From an uncultured Acidobacteriota bacterium (GTDB taxonomy: Bacteria > Acidobacteriota > Thermoanaerobaculia > Multivoradales > UBA5704), in NCBI GenBank assembly GCA_963700145.1, contig OY969474.1:4704001-4768000 (forward strand): 64,000 bases of DNA, given 5' to 3'. The position numbers and the translations under genes are program-made. Position 1 is the stretch's first letter. Every line of letters begins with the position of its first letter. Under the pieces are notes generated by a model, which was not told the DNA's origin, searched no databases, and worked only from the letters and a program-made list of their open reading frames with translations. Of this stretch, positions 39,795-48,458 are shown piece after piece.

Positions 39795-40838
39795 CTAGAG
39801 ACCGGCCGCCCGCAGACGGTCGCGGAGGTCCGCGGGCAGCCGCGCCAGCTCGGCGGCGACGTCGCGGCGCGGTCCGACGTGCGGCGTCAGGCCGCCCCAC
39901 GCCGCGCCGAGGTCCTGGGGCCGGTCCTCGGCCAGGACGTCGAGCAGCGCGACCGCCTGGCGGCGGTCCTTCGCCGCCCGGGCTTGCTGTGCCGCGGGGC
40001 GCCGGCGGGCGCTCCACAGCTTGTGCAGGGCGAAGCGGGCGGGCGTGGGGATCTGGACGAGCACCGGCTCGCCGCCGAGGACCACGGCGGGCGCGGTCTC
40101 GGCGAGCAGGTAGCCGAGGAAGGGAAGGGGCTGGGCGGCGATACCGAGCGACGGGACGGCGACGGGCGTCTCCCCGCGCTTCCGGCCGCGGGCCGGCACC
40201 AGGAAGTCCACCCGCAGCTCGCGGCCGCGGATCTTGAACGAAGTCGAGGGCGCGGCTGGATCCAGCCCCGGCACCGGGAAGAAGCCGAGGCCCGATTCGA
40301 GGAGCGAGCGTCCGAGGTCGGCCCGCTCGTCGAGCGCGACGTCGATCGCCGGATCATGGGCGATGTCGATGTCCTGCGTCTGCAGGATCTGCTGCTCGAA
40401 GCGGACGCCGAGCAGGTTCCCCAGGGCCGTGAACGCGCGGGTCCCGACGAGGACGCCACCCCGCCTGAATACGCCGGCGTCGCCGAGCAGCCGCAGGACT
40501 TCGACCGCCGCTCTCGACTCGGCGAAGGCGCCCCCGCGCGCCAGCATGCCGGCGAGCCGCACGCGGACCTCGCGGTCGGGGGTCATCGCCGCCCGGCGAT
40601 CCGCCACCCGGCGCATCCAGTCGAGGAGCGCCGCGGTCTCGGGCCCGAGGTAGTGCTGGCGCTTGGCGGTGCCGCGGGCGACCTGGAGGTACCAGTACCG
40701 CGCGCCCTTGATCTCTTTCGAGACGAAGGTGCCCGGCGGCAGCCCCGCGGCGACCCGCTCCGCCTCGGCCTGGAGAGCGTGGTCGAGGAGCTCCGAGTAG
40801 AGTACCTGGACGCTCTCGGGCAATCGCTGGATCGGCAT
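39795..40838 (-). CDS. GSU2403-family nucleotidyltransferase-fold protein, copy 2
   Basis: Start MPIQRLPESV; ~27 aa differences from copy 1 over 347 aa by manual count. Confidence 0.8.
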   Translation of the reverse strand: MPIQRLPESVQVLYSELLDHALQAEAERVAAGLPPGTFVSKEIKGARYWYLQVARGTAKRQHYLGPETAALLDWMRRVADRRAAMTPDREVRVRLAGMLARGGAFAESRAAVEVLRLLGDAGVFRRGGVLVGTRAFTALGNLLGVRFEQQILQTQDIDIAHDPAIDVALDERADLGRSLLESGLGFFPVPGLDPAAPSTSFKIRGRELRVDFLVPARGRKRGETPVAVPSLGIAAQPLPFLGYLLAETAPAVVLGGEPVLVQIPTPARFALHKLWSARRRPAAQQARAAKDRRQAVALLDVLAEDRPQDLGAAWGGLTPHVGPRRDVAAELARLPADLRDRLRAAGL

Positions 40839-40866
40839 TCGTCTTGTCCGTCGCGATCGTCCGCGC

Positions 40867-40900
40867 GTTATACGCAGGATCTTAATACGCTGCGTATAAC
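40867..40900. promoter_or_regulatory. Palindromic operator GTTATACGCAG-N12-CTGCGTATAAC
   Basis: Perfect 11-bp arms; homologous to 16788-16823. Confidence 0.75.
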
Positions 40901-41009
40901 AGATCGCCAACTGGCGACCCAAGCGAATGACTAGCGGCTAGTCGGCTCCCGCCAGTCTGCGTGTATCGTCGCCGGCGTGAAGGAGCTGCCCGAGCCGAGG
41001 AGGTGGAGC

Positions 41010-41492
41010 ATGGCGCAGCGGCGGGAGGCTTGCCTCGGGAGCGGGCTGTGCGTCGTCGCAGCCCTTGCGGTCCAGGGGTGTTCGATGGCGTCCATGGTTG
41101 GTGGCATGGAGTCGATGACGGGGCTGCAGCCGGCGCTGGAAGGCGAGATGGTGCTGCGCTGGGCCGGCGGCGAGGAGACGGTGCTGACACCCGAGATCTG
41201 CCTGTCAGGCGACCGCGCCAACTTCCGGGGCGTGGACCTCCTCGCACCGCCCTACGTGCTGCGGGTCGTCGCCGAGCCGCTCGAAGGTATGGGGGCCGCG
41301 GTCATCGACACCGAAAGCGAACGGCGCCTCGTCTTCCGCTCGTCCTCCTGCGCGGTCTTGCAGGGCGACGTCCAGCGCGGCGGCTGGCGGGTCAATGACA
41401 TCTGGGACGTAAGCGGCTACGTGGAAGTCGACTGCCGCCTGACGTCGGGAGAAGAGCTCGAGGGGAGGATCAGCTTTGCGCACTGCCACTGA
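41010..41492 (+). CDS. Hypothetical lipoprotein
   Basis: SD GAGGAGG; lipobox-like AVQGC; Cys-containing beta-rich body. Confidence 0.6.
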   Translation: MAQRREACLGSGLCVVAALAVQGCSMASMVGGMESMTGLQPALEGEMVLRWAGGEETVLTPEICLSGDRANFRGVDLLAPPYVLRVVAEPLEGMGAAVIDTESERRLVFRSSSCAVLQGDVQRGGWRVNDIWDVSGYVEVDCRLTSGEELEGRISFAHCH

Positions 41493-41611
41493 AGGGAGCT
41501 GAGCCCCGATCTACGCCAGGCGGCTAGCGGCGCCAAGTGCGCCCGGTAGACCACCCCCCGCCCCTTGGGCTACCATCGGGCCCAGCGTTTCCGTCCTTGC
41601 AAGGAGGCCCC

Positions 41612-42568
41612 TTGTCCAACAACCCCTTCACCGGTCTGCGCTGGATCTGGATGAACGGGCGGCTCGTCGAGTTCGAGAAGGCCACGGTGCACGTGCTGGC
41701 GCACGCGCTCCACTACGGCTCGGGCGTCTTCGAGGGGATCCGCTGCTACACGACACCCGACGGGCCGGCCGTCTTCCGCCTCCCCGAGCACCTGCAGCGC
41801 CTGGAGCGCTCGGCCAAGACCTACCGCATGCCGCTGCCCTACGGGCGCGAGGAGCTGACCGACGCGATCCTCGAGCTGATCACGGCCAACGAGCTCGACG
41901 CCTGCTACATCCGGCCGCTCTGCTTCCGCGGCTTCGGCCACATGGGGGTCAACCCGCTGCCGGCGCCGGTCGAGACGGTGGTCGCGGTCTGGAACTGGGG
42001 GAAGTACCTGGGCGAGGAGGGGCAGCGGCTGGGCGTCGACGTCTGCGTCTCCTCCTGGCGCCGCGGCAACCCGGGCACGATCCCGATGCTCGCCAAGGCG
42101 ACCGCCAACTACTACGCCGCGCAGCTCATCCGCATGGAGGCCGTGGTCAACGGCTACAGCGAGGGGATCTGCCTCGACGGGCAGGGCAACCTCTCCGAGG
42201 GCTCGGGCGAGAACGTCTTCGTGGTCCAGGACGGCGTCCTGATCACGCCGCCGCTCGCCGCCTCGATCCTGCCGGGCATCACCCGCGACACCGTCATGAC
42301 GCTGGCCGCCGAGATGGGCGTGCCGGTGCGCCAGGAGGTGGTGCCGCGCGGCGCGCTCTACACGGTGGACGAGATGTTCCTGACCGGCACCGCCGTCGAG
42401 ATCACGCCCGTGCGCTCGATCGACCGCATCCCGGTCGGCGGCGGCGAGGTGGGGCCGATCACCCGCCGCATCCAGAACGAGTTCTTCGCCGTCGTCACCG
42501 GTCAGGTCCCGGACCGGCACGGCTGGCTCACCCTCGTCCCGGCGCGCGTCGCGCAGGTGGCGTCCTAA
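41612..42568 (+). CDS. ilvE: Branched-chain amino acid aminotransferase
   Basis: SD AAGGAGG + TTG; HALHYGSGVFEGIR, AKATANY, SEGSGENVF, ILPGITR, FLTGTAVEITPV. Confidence 0.93.
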   Translation: MSNNPFTGLRWIWMNGRLVEFEKATVHVLAHALHYGSGVFEGIRCYTTPDGPAVFRLPEHLQRLERSAKTYRMPLPYGREELTDAILELITANELDACYIRPLCFRGFGHMGVNPLPAPVETVVAVWNWGKYLGEEGQRLGVDVCVSSWRRGNPGTIPMLAKATANYYAAQLIRMEAVVNGYSEGICLDGQGNLSEGSGENVFVVQDGVLITPPLAASILPGITRDTVMTLAAEMGVPVRQEVVPRGALYTVDEMFLTGTAVEITPVRSIDRIPVGGGEVGPITRRIQNEFFAVVTGQVPDRHGWLTLVPARVAQVAS

Positions 42569-42624
42569 GCCCGAGGGCCGCCCCGCCGCAGCATGCAGCG
42601 ACCGCAGTCCGCAGGAGCACCCCC

Positions 42625-43797
42625 ATGAACATCAACGACCTGCTGAAGATCGCCGTCGAGCGCAAGGCCTCCGACCTGCACTTGAAGGTCGGCACCCATC
42701 CGGTCATCCGCGTGGACGGGGACCTGATCCCCCTGCCCGAGCTCAAGCGGATGATGCAGGAGGACACGATCGCGATGGCGTTCTCGATCATGAACGCGCG
42801 GCAGAAGCAGCGCTTCAAGGAGGAGTTCGAGATCGACATCGCCTACTCGGTGCCGGGGCTCGGGCGCTTCCGCTGCAACGTCTTCCAGCAGCGCGGCACG
42901 GTGGGGCTGGTCCTGCGCGTCATCCCGGCGCGCATCTTGACGCTGCGCGAGCTGATGCTGCCGCCGGTGCTCGAGCGGATCTCCGAGGAGCGGCGGGGGC
43001 TGGTGCTCTGCACCGGCACCACCGGCTCCGGCAAGTCGACGACGCTGGCCTCGATGGTCGACTTCATCAACAGCTCGCGCACCGAGCACGTGGTGACGAT
43101 CGAGGACCCGATCGAGTTCCTGCACCGCGACAAGCGGTCGCTGATCAACCAGCGCGAGATCGACGTCGACACCCGCACCTTCTCGGGCGCCTTGCGCTCG
43201 GCGCTGCGCCAGGACCCCGACGTCATCCTGGTCGGCGAGATGCGCGACTACGAGACGATCGAGACGGCGCTGCTCGCCGCCGAGACCGGGCACCTCGTCT
43301 TCTCGACGCTGCACACCCTCGACGCCACCGAGACGATCAACCGCATCATCTCGATCTTCCCGCCGCACCACCAGAAGCAGATCCGCATCCAGCTCGGGCA
43401 GGTGCTCAAGGCGGTCATCTCGATGCGTCTGGTGCCGCGCGCCGACGGCATCGGCCGCGTGCCGGCGGTGGAGGTGATGATCATCACCCCCTACATCCGC
43501 GAGTGCATCGAGAACAAGGAGAAGACCAAGTTCATCCGCGAGCAGATCGCGCTCGGCACCAGCCAGTACGGGATGCAGACCTTCGACCAGTCGCTCTTCA
43601 GCCTCTACAAGAGCGGGCTGATCACGCTCGACGAGGCGCTGCGCCGCGCCTCCAACCCCGACGAGTTCAAGCTCAAGGTGCAGGGCGTGCAGTTCACCGC
43701 CGACATCTCGCGCGAGCAGATGGAGGAGGCGATCCAGATGCCGCCGGAAGGGGAGTTCCTCCTCTCCGACGCGCAGTTCGAGATCGAGCAGGGTTGA
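42625..43797 (+). CDS. pilT: Type IV pilus retraction ATPase PilT
   Basis: ASDLHL, GRFRCN, TGTTGSGKSTT, TIEDPIEF, ALRQDPDVILVGEMRD, STLHT, GMQTFDQSL. Confidence 0.93.
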   Translation: MNINDLLKIAVERKASDLHLKVGTHPVIRVDGDLIPLPELKRMMQEDTIAMAFSIMNARQKQRFKEEFEIDIAYSVPGLGRFRCNVFQQRGTVGLVLRVIPARILTLRELMLPPVLERISEERRGLVLCTGTTGSGKSTTLASMVDFINSSRTEHVVTIEDPIEFLHRDKRSLINQREIDVDTRTFSGALRSALRQDPDVILVGEMRDYETIETALLAAETGHLVFSTLHTLDATETINRIISIFPPHHQKQIRIQLGQVLKAVISMRLVPRADGIGRVPAVEVMIITPYIRECIENKEKTKFIREQIALGTSQYGMQTFDQSLFSLYKSGLITLDEALRRASNPDEFKLKVQGVQFTADISREQMEEAIQMPPEGEFLLSDAQFEIEQG

Positions 43798-43810
43798 CCC
43801 GCGCCAGCGG

Positions 43811-43837
43811 GTCATCCTGAGCGCAGCGAAGGATCTG
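43811..43837 (+). repeat. Single REP-like repeat copy
   Basis: GTCATCCTGAGCGCAGCGAAGGATCTG, 10 nt upstream of the recX GTG. Confidence 0.85.
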
Positions 43838-43847
43838 GGCGGGGGCG

Positions 43848-44297
43848 GTGTCCGACTGCTACCAGAAGGCCGTCCAGCTGCTCGCCCTGCGGCCGCACTT
43901 CCGGCGCGAACTGCAGGTCAAGCTCGCGCGGCGCGGCTTCCCCGCTGAAGAGATCGAGGCCGCCCTCGACCGCCTCGCCGAGCACGGCTACCTCGACGAT
44001 CTGAAGGCCGCGCGCGGCTTCGCCGCCCAGCGCCTCGCCCGCGGCGAGGGGCGGATCAAGGTACGGGCCGAGCTGCTGCGGCGGGGCGCCGCGCCCGAGG
44101 CGGCGGAACAGGCGGTGGCCGAGGTCCTCCCCGAGGACGATCGCGCCGCGGCGCTCGCCGCCGCCGCCCGCTGGCGCGCGCGCGGCGGCGAGGACGAGCA
44201 GGCCCTCGCGCGCCACCTGCAGCGAAAGGGGTTCAGCCGCCGTGCTATCGTCGCCGCCCTGCGGCAAGAAGCCGGTCCCGACCCCGATTCCCCATGA
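43848..44297 (+). CDS. recX: Regulatory protein RecX
   Basis: AVQLLALRPH..REL..KL..RGF, GYLDD, ELLRRG, LQRKGF. Upstream of alaS. Confidence 0.88.
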   Translation: MSDCYQKAVQLLALRPHFRRELQVKLARRGFPAEEIEAALDRLAEHGYLDDLKAARGFAAQRLARGEGRIKVRAELLRRGAAPEAAEQAVAEVLPEDDRAAALAAAARWRARGGEDEQALARHLQRKGFSRRAIVAALRQEAGPDPDSP

Positions 44298-46978
44298 AGA
44301 GCGCGGAGATTCGCAGCAGCTTCCTCGACTTTTTTGCGGCGCGCGGCCACCGCGTCCACCCGAGCGCGCCGCTCGTGCCGCACGGCGATCCGACGCTGCT
44401 CTTCACCAACGCCGGCATGGTGCCGTTCAAGAACGTCTTCCTCGGCACCGAGCCGCCGGCGAGCCCGCGCGCCGTCTCGGTGCAGAAGTGCCTGCGCGTC
44501 TCGGGCAAGCACAACGACCTCGAGAACGTCGGCCCCAGCCCGCGCCACCACACCTTCTTCGAGATGCTGGGGAACTTCTCCTTCGGCGATTACTTCAAGG
44601 AGGAGGCGATCCGCTCCGCGTGGGAGCTGGTGACTGAGGTCTGGAAGCTGCCGCCGGAGCGGCTGGCGGCCACGGTCTACGAGGAGGACGACGAGGCGCA
44701 CGCGCTCTGGCTGCGGCTGAGCGCGCTGCCCCCCGAGCGGGTGCGCCGCCGCGGCGCCGCCGACAACTTCTGGGCGATGGGGGAGACCGGCCCCTGCGGC
44801 CCGTGCAGCGAGATCTTCGTCGACCTCCAGTCGGAGCTGCCGCCGGTCGATTGGGACGAGGGGACGGAGAGCGGGCGCTACCTCGAGATCTGGAACCTGG
44901 TCTTCATGCAGTACGAGCGCGACGAGAGCGGCGCGCTGCAGCCGCTGCCGAAGCCTTCGATCGACACCGGCGCCGGGCTCGAGCGGGTCGCGGCGGTGCT
45001 CCAGGGGGTCGATTCGAACTACGACACCGATCTCTTCAAGCCGATCCTCGCGGCGGCGGCGGACCTCGCCGGCATCCCGTACGGGGCCGATCAAGAGAAG
45101 GACGTTTCGCTGCGGGTGATCGCCGACCACCTGCGGGCCGTGACCTTCCTATTGGCCGACGGGGTCATTCCAGGTAACGAGGGACGCGGTTACGTGCTGC
45201 GGCGTCTCCTGCGGCGAGCCGTGCGCCACGGTATGCGCTTGGGCCTCGAGGAGCCATTCCTTCACAAGCTGGTGCCGGTGGTAGGTCGGGTAATGGGGAG
45301 TGCCTATCCTGAGCTGGGAGCCACGCGCGAGGCCTCGACGGCGACGATTAGGGTGGAGGAGGAGAAGTTCCTCGGCACGCTGGCCACTGCGGCGCGGCAG
45401 GTGCAGGAAGAGATCGAGCGCGCCCGCCGAGCCGATGCCACAGTTCTTCCCGGAGAAGTGGTGTTCCGCCTCTACGATACTTACGGTCTACCCCTTGACG
45501 TCGTGCGCGAAATTGCAGAGGAGGAACGCTTCACCGTCGACGAAGAGGGGTTCAAGCGCGCCCTCCAGGTTCAGCGCGGGCGCTCGCGCGAGGCTACGAC
45601 AGCGGCACTTCGCCTAGAGGCGCTCAAGTGGTACGTGGGTGAGGAACCTCCACGCTTTGAATTGGTTGGATTTGTCGGCTACGACTCTCTCGAGATCAAT
45701 GGCGCCAAAGTGTGGGCGTGGGCTCGGCCCGGGGATGACCCACGGCCGATGCCCACGGACGCCGACGCTACGCTCGCGGCCGGCGAAACTGGGATCGTGG
45801 TTGTGGACGCCACGCCCTTCTACTCAGAAGCTGGGGGACAGGTAGGAGATCGCGGCCTGATCACGTGGGATGGGGGCCATGCCGAAGTTCTCAACACCTT
45901 CATGGGGCCGATGGGGAACCCTTACCACGAGGTCTTGGTACAGGCGGGCCAACTGAAGGTTGAAACGGTGGTCACGTTGTCAGTCGACAAATCCCTGCGG
46001 CGTTCGACGGAGCGGAACCACACCGCTACTCATCTTCTGCACGCGGCCTTGCGTCAAGTGCTCGGTGAAGTGGTCCGCCAGGCTGGTTCGCTGGTGGCAC
46101 CCGAGCGCCTGCGCTTCGACTTCACCTGGCCCGAGCCGCTTTCCAGGGATCAGCGCCGGCGCGTCGAGGACCTCGTCAACCAGTGGGTCCTCGGCGCCGT
46201 CCCGACCGCGATCTCCGAGCGCAGCTACCAGGAAGCCCTCGCCGCCGGCGCCATGGCCCTCTTCGGCGAGAAGTACGGCGACCGCGTGCGCACGGTCGAG
46301 GTCCCCGGCTTCAGCCTCGAGCTGTGCGGCGGCTGCCACGTCCGCAACACCGGCGAGATCGGCCCCTTCGTCATCCTCCACGAGCGGGGGATCGCCTCCG
46401 GCGTGCGGCGGATCGAGGCGCTGACCGGCGAGGGGGCCCTCGCCTGGCTGCGCGAGCGCGACAGCGGGCTCGCCGCCGTCGAGGCCCGGCTCGGCGTCGC
46501 CGGCGCGCGCGCCGAGGAGGAGGTGCGGGCCCTCCAGAAGCAGGTGAAGGACCGCGAGGCCGAGCTGGCGAAGCTCCGCCTCCAGCTCGTCGCCGGGGGT
46601 CCCGGGGCCGGGCCGGCGGAGGAGGGGACCGACGTCGAGGGGGTGCGCGTTCTGGCGCGGGAGGTGCCGCCGGCCCCTGCCAACGAGCTGCGCAACCTGG
46701 CCGACGCCCTGCGCTCGAAGCTGGGCTCCGGGGTGGTCGTCCTGGGGGCCCGCGACGACGGCAACGTCAGCCTGGTGGCGGCGGTCTCGAAGGACCTCGC
46801 CGGCCGGGTCCACGCCGGCAACCTCGTCAAGCTCGTCGCCGCCCTGGTCGGCGGCTCGGGCGGCGGCCGCCCCGACTTTGCTCAGGCCGGGGGCAAGTCC
46901 CCCGAGAAGCTCCCCGAGGCCCTGGCCGCCGTGCCGGGGGCGGTTCGGGACCAGCTCGCCGCCCCGCCCGCGAGGTAA
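44294..46978 (+). CDS. alaS: Alanine--tRNA ligase
   Basis: DPTLLFTNAGM, HHTFFEMLGNFSFGDYFK, DNFW.MG.TGPCGPCSEI, NHTATHLLH, ELCGGCH, GGSGGGRP. Confidence 0.97.
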   Translation: MKSAEIRSSFLDFFAARGHRVHPSAPLVPHGDPTLLFTNAGMVPFKNVFLGTEPPASPRAVSVQKCLRVSGKHNDLENVGPSPRHHTFFEMLGNFSFGDYFKEEAIRSAWELVTEVWKLPPERLAATVYEEDDEAHALWLRLSALPPERVRRRGAADNFWAMGETGPCGPCSEIFVDLQSELPPVDWDEGTESGRYLEIWNLVFMQYERDESGALQPLPKPSIDTGAGLERVAAVLQGVDSNYDTDLFKPILAAAADLAGIPYGADQEKDVSLRVIADHLRAVTFLLADGVIPGNEGRGYVLRRLLRRAVRHGMRLGLEEPFLHKLVPVVGRVMGSAYPELGATREASTATIRVEEEKFLGTLATAARQVQEEIERARRADATVLPGEVVFRLYDTYGLPLDVVREIAEEERFTVDEEGFKRALQVQRGRSREATTAALRLEALKWYVGEEPPRFELVGFVGYDSLEINGAKVWAWARPGDDPRPMPTDADATLAAGETGIVVVDATPFYSEAGGQVGDRGLITWDGGHAEVLNTFMGPMGNPYHEVLVQAGQLKVETVVTLSVDKSLRRSTERNHTATHLLHAALRQVLGEVVRQAGSLVAPERLRFDFTWPEPLSRDQRRRVEDLVNQWVLGAVPTAISERSYQEALAAGAMALFGEKYGDRVRTVEVPGFSLELCGGCHVRNTGEIGPFVILHERGIASGVRRIEALTGEGALAWLRERDSGLAAVEARLGVAGARAEEEVRALQKQVKDREAELAKLRLQLVAGGPGAGPAEEGTDVEGVRVLAREVPPAPANELRNLADALRSKLGSGVVVLGARDDGNVSLVAAVSKDLAGRVHAGNLVKLVAALVGGSGGGRPDFAQAGGKSPEKLPEALAAVPGAVRDQLAAPPAR

Positions 46979-47071
46979 GCCCCTGCCAAGCCGGGGGTTG
47001 ATCTCCCCGGGCGTCCCCCTCTAAGATCCGCGCCCAGCAGCTCACTTGGCAGTTCAACCAGGGACCCGCGG

Positions 47072-47728
47072 ATGCTCCGGAAGGCTCTCGCCTCGGTTTT
47101 CCTTCTGCTCCTCGTGCCGACGCTCGCGGCGGCCGAGGTCGGCCTGCGTCACGGCGCGGCCGGCCGCATGGTCATCTCGAACGAGGGCTCGGCGCCGGCG
47201 CGCCGCGTCGCGCCCGCCCGCCTCCGCGAGCCGGACCCCGAGCTGAACCTGGTCATCGACCAGCACTGCGGCAGCCAGGACCTCGAGCCCAAGCTGGTGC
47301 GCGCCCTGATCCAGGTCGAGTCGGCCTGGAACCCGGTGGCCGTCTCGCGCGCGGGGGCGATGGGCCTGATGCAGCTCATGCCGGACACCGCCGCCTCCCT
47401 CGACGTCGCCGACCCCTACGACCCCGACCAGAACGTGCGCGGCGGCACCGTCTTCCTGCGCCGCATGCTCGACCGCTTCGGCGGGCGGGTCGACCTGGCC
47501 CTCGCCGCCTACAACGCCGGCCCCGGGGCCGTCGAGCGCCACGGCGGCATCCCGCCCTACGCCGAGACCCGGAACTACGTGCAGCGCATCCTCGGCCTCT
47601 ACGCCGGCCCCGAGGTGGTGGCGGTCAAGGCGCCGTACGCCGGCGCCGCGCGCGGCGCGAAGACGGTGCTCGTCGTCGGCGCCGGCGAGCGCCCGCTCCT
47701 CACCACCGCCCGCCTCACACCGCGCTAA
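47072..47728 (+). CDS. Lytic transglycosylase (SLT domain)
   Basis: LIQVESAWNP.AVS.AGAMGLMQLMP, ALAAYNAGPG, ETRNYV. Confidence 0.92.
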   Translation: MLRKALASVFLLLLVPTLAAAEVGLRHGAAGRMVISNEGSAPARRVAPARLREPDPELNLVIDQHCGSQDLEPKLVRALIQVESAWNPVAVSRAGAMGLMQLMPDTAASLDVADPYDPDQNVRGGTVFLRRMLDRFGGRVDLALAAYNAGPGAVERHGGIPPYAETRNYVQRILGLYAGPEVVAVKAPYAGAARGAKTVLVVGAGERPLLTTARLTPR

Positions 47729-47807
47729 AGCGCTTCGCCTGCTGGCATACAATCGCCGGACGGCCCCGAGGCCTCCCGGGCCGGCCTCCGACCGACCACA
47801 GCCGCGC

Positions 47808-48458
47808 ATGCTCAACGTCCCCAATTTCCTCACCGTCTTCCGCATCCTGCTGGTGCCGATCCTGGTGGTCGTGCTGCTCACCAAGTTCGACGGCAAGGAG
47901 TTCGTCGGGCTCGGCCTCTTCCTCCTGGCCGCCGCGACCGACGTCCTCGACGGGGTCATCGCCCGGCGGCGCAAGCAGGTCACCCGCCTCGGCATGCTGC
48001 TCGACCCGGCGGCGGACAAGATCCTGACCTCGGCGGCCTTCATCTCGCTCGTCGAGATGGCCCCGACCGTCGTCCCGGCCTGGATGGTGGTGGTAATCGT
48101 GGCGCGCGAGTTCGCGGTCTCGGCCCTGCGCGCCTTCGCCGCGGCCGAGCACGTGATGATCCCGGCCGGGCTCTCCGGCAAGCTCAAGACGATCGTCCAG
48201 GTGATCGCGATCGCTCTCCTCATCATCTACAACCAGCTCGGCGAGTTCCGGCACCTGGCGCCGATCTCGCTCTGGGCCGCGGTCGCCATCACCCTCTACT
48301 CCGGCCTCGAGTACTTCGCCCGCTTCTGGCGCCTGGTGCTGCGCGCGCAGGAGCCGCGGCGACCGGCGCCGGAGCCGGAGAGCGCCGTCTGCACCGTGCC
48401 GCCTCCGCCCGAGCCCCGGCCGCTCGCCGCCGCCGGCCGTTCCTCCGGGGAACGGTAG
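47808..48458 (+). CDS. pgsA: CDP-diacylglycerol--glycerol-3-phosphate 3-phosphatidyltransferase
   Basis: NVPNFLT, TDVLDGVIARR...GMLLDPAADKIL, AREF, GKLKT. Confidence 0.9.
   Translation: MLNVPNFLTVFRILLVPILVVVLLTKFDGKEFVGLGLFLLAAATDVLDGVIARRRKQVTRLGMLLDPAADKILTSAAFISLVEMAPTVVPAWMVVVIVAREFAVSALRAFAAAEHVMIPAGLSGKLKTIVQVIAIALLIIYNQLGEFRHLAPISLWAAVAITLYSGLEYFARFWRLVLRAQEPRRPAPEPESAVCTVPPPPEPRPLAAAGRSSGER

Noticed and set aside
15701-40838. Classical composite transposon with GSU2403 copies as IS elements
   Set aside because: The protein shows no DDE, HUH, Tyr or Ser recombinase motifs, and I see no terminal IRs or target duplication around the copies.
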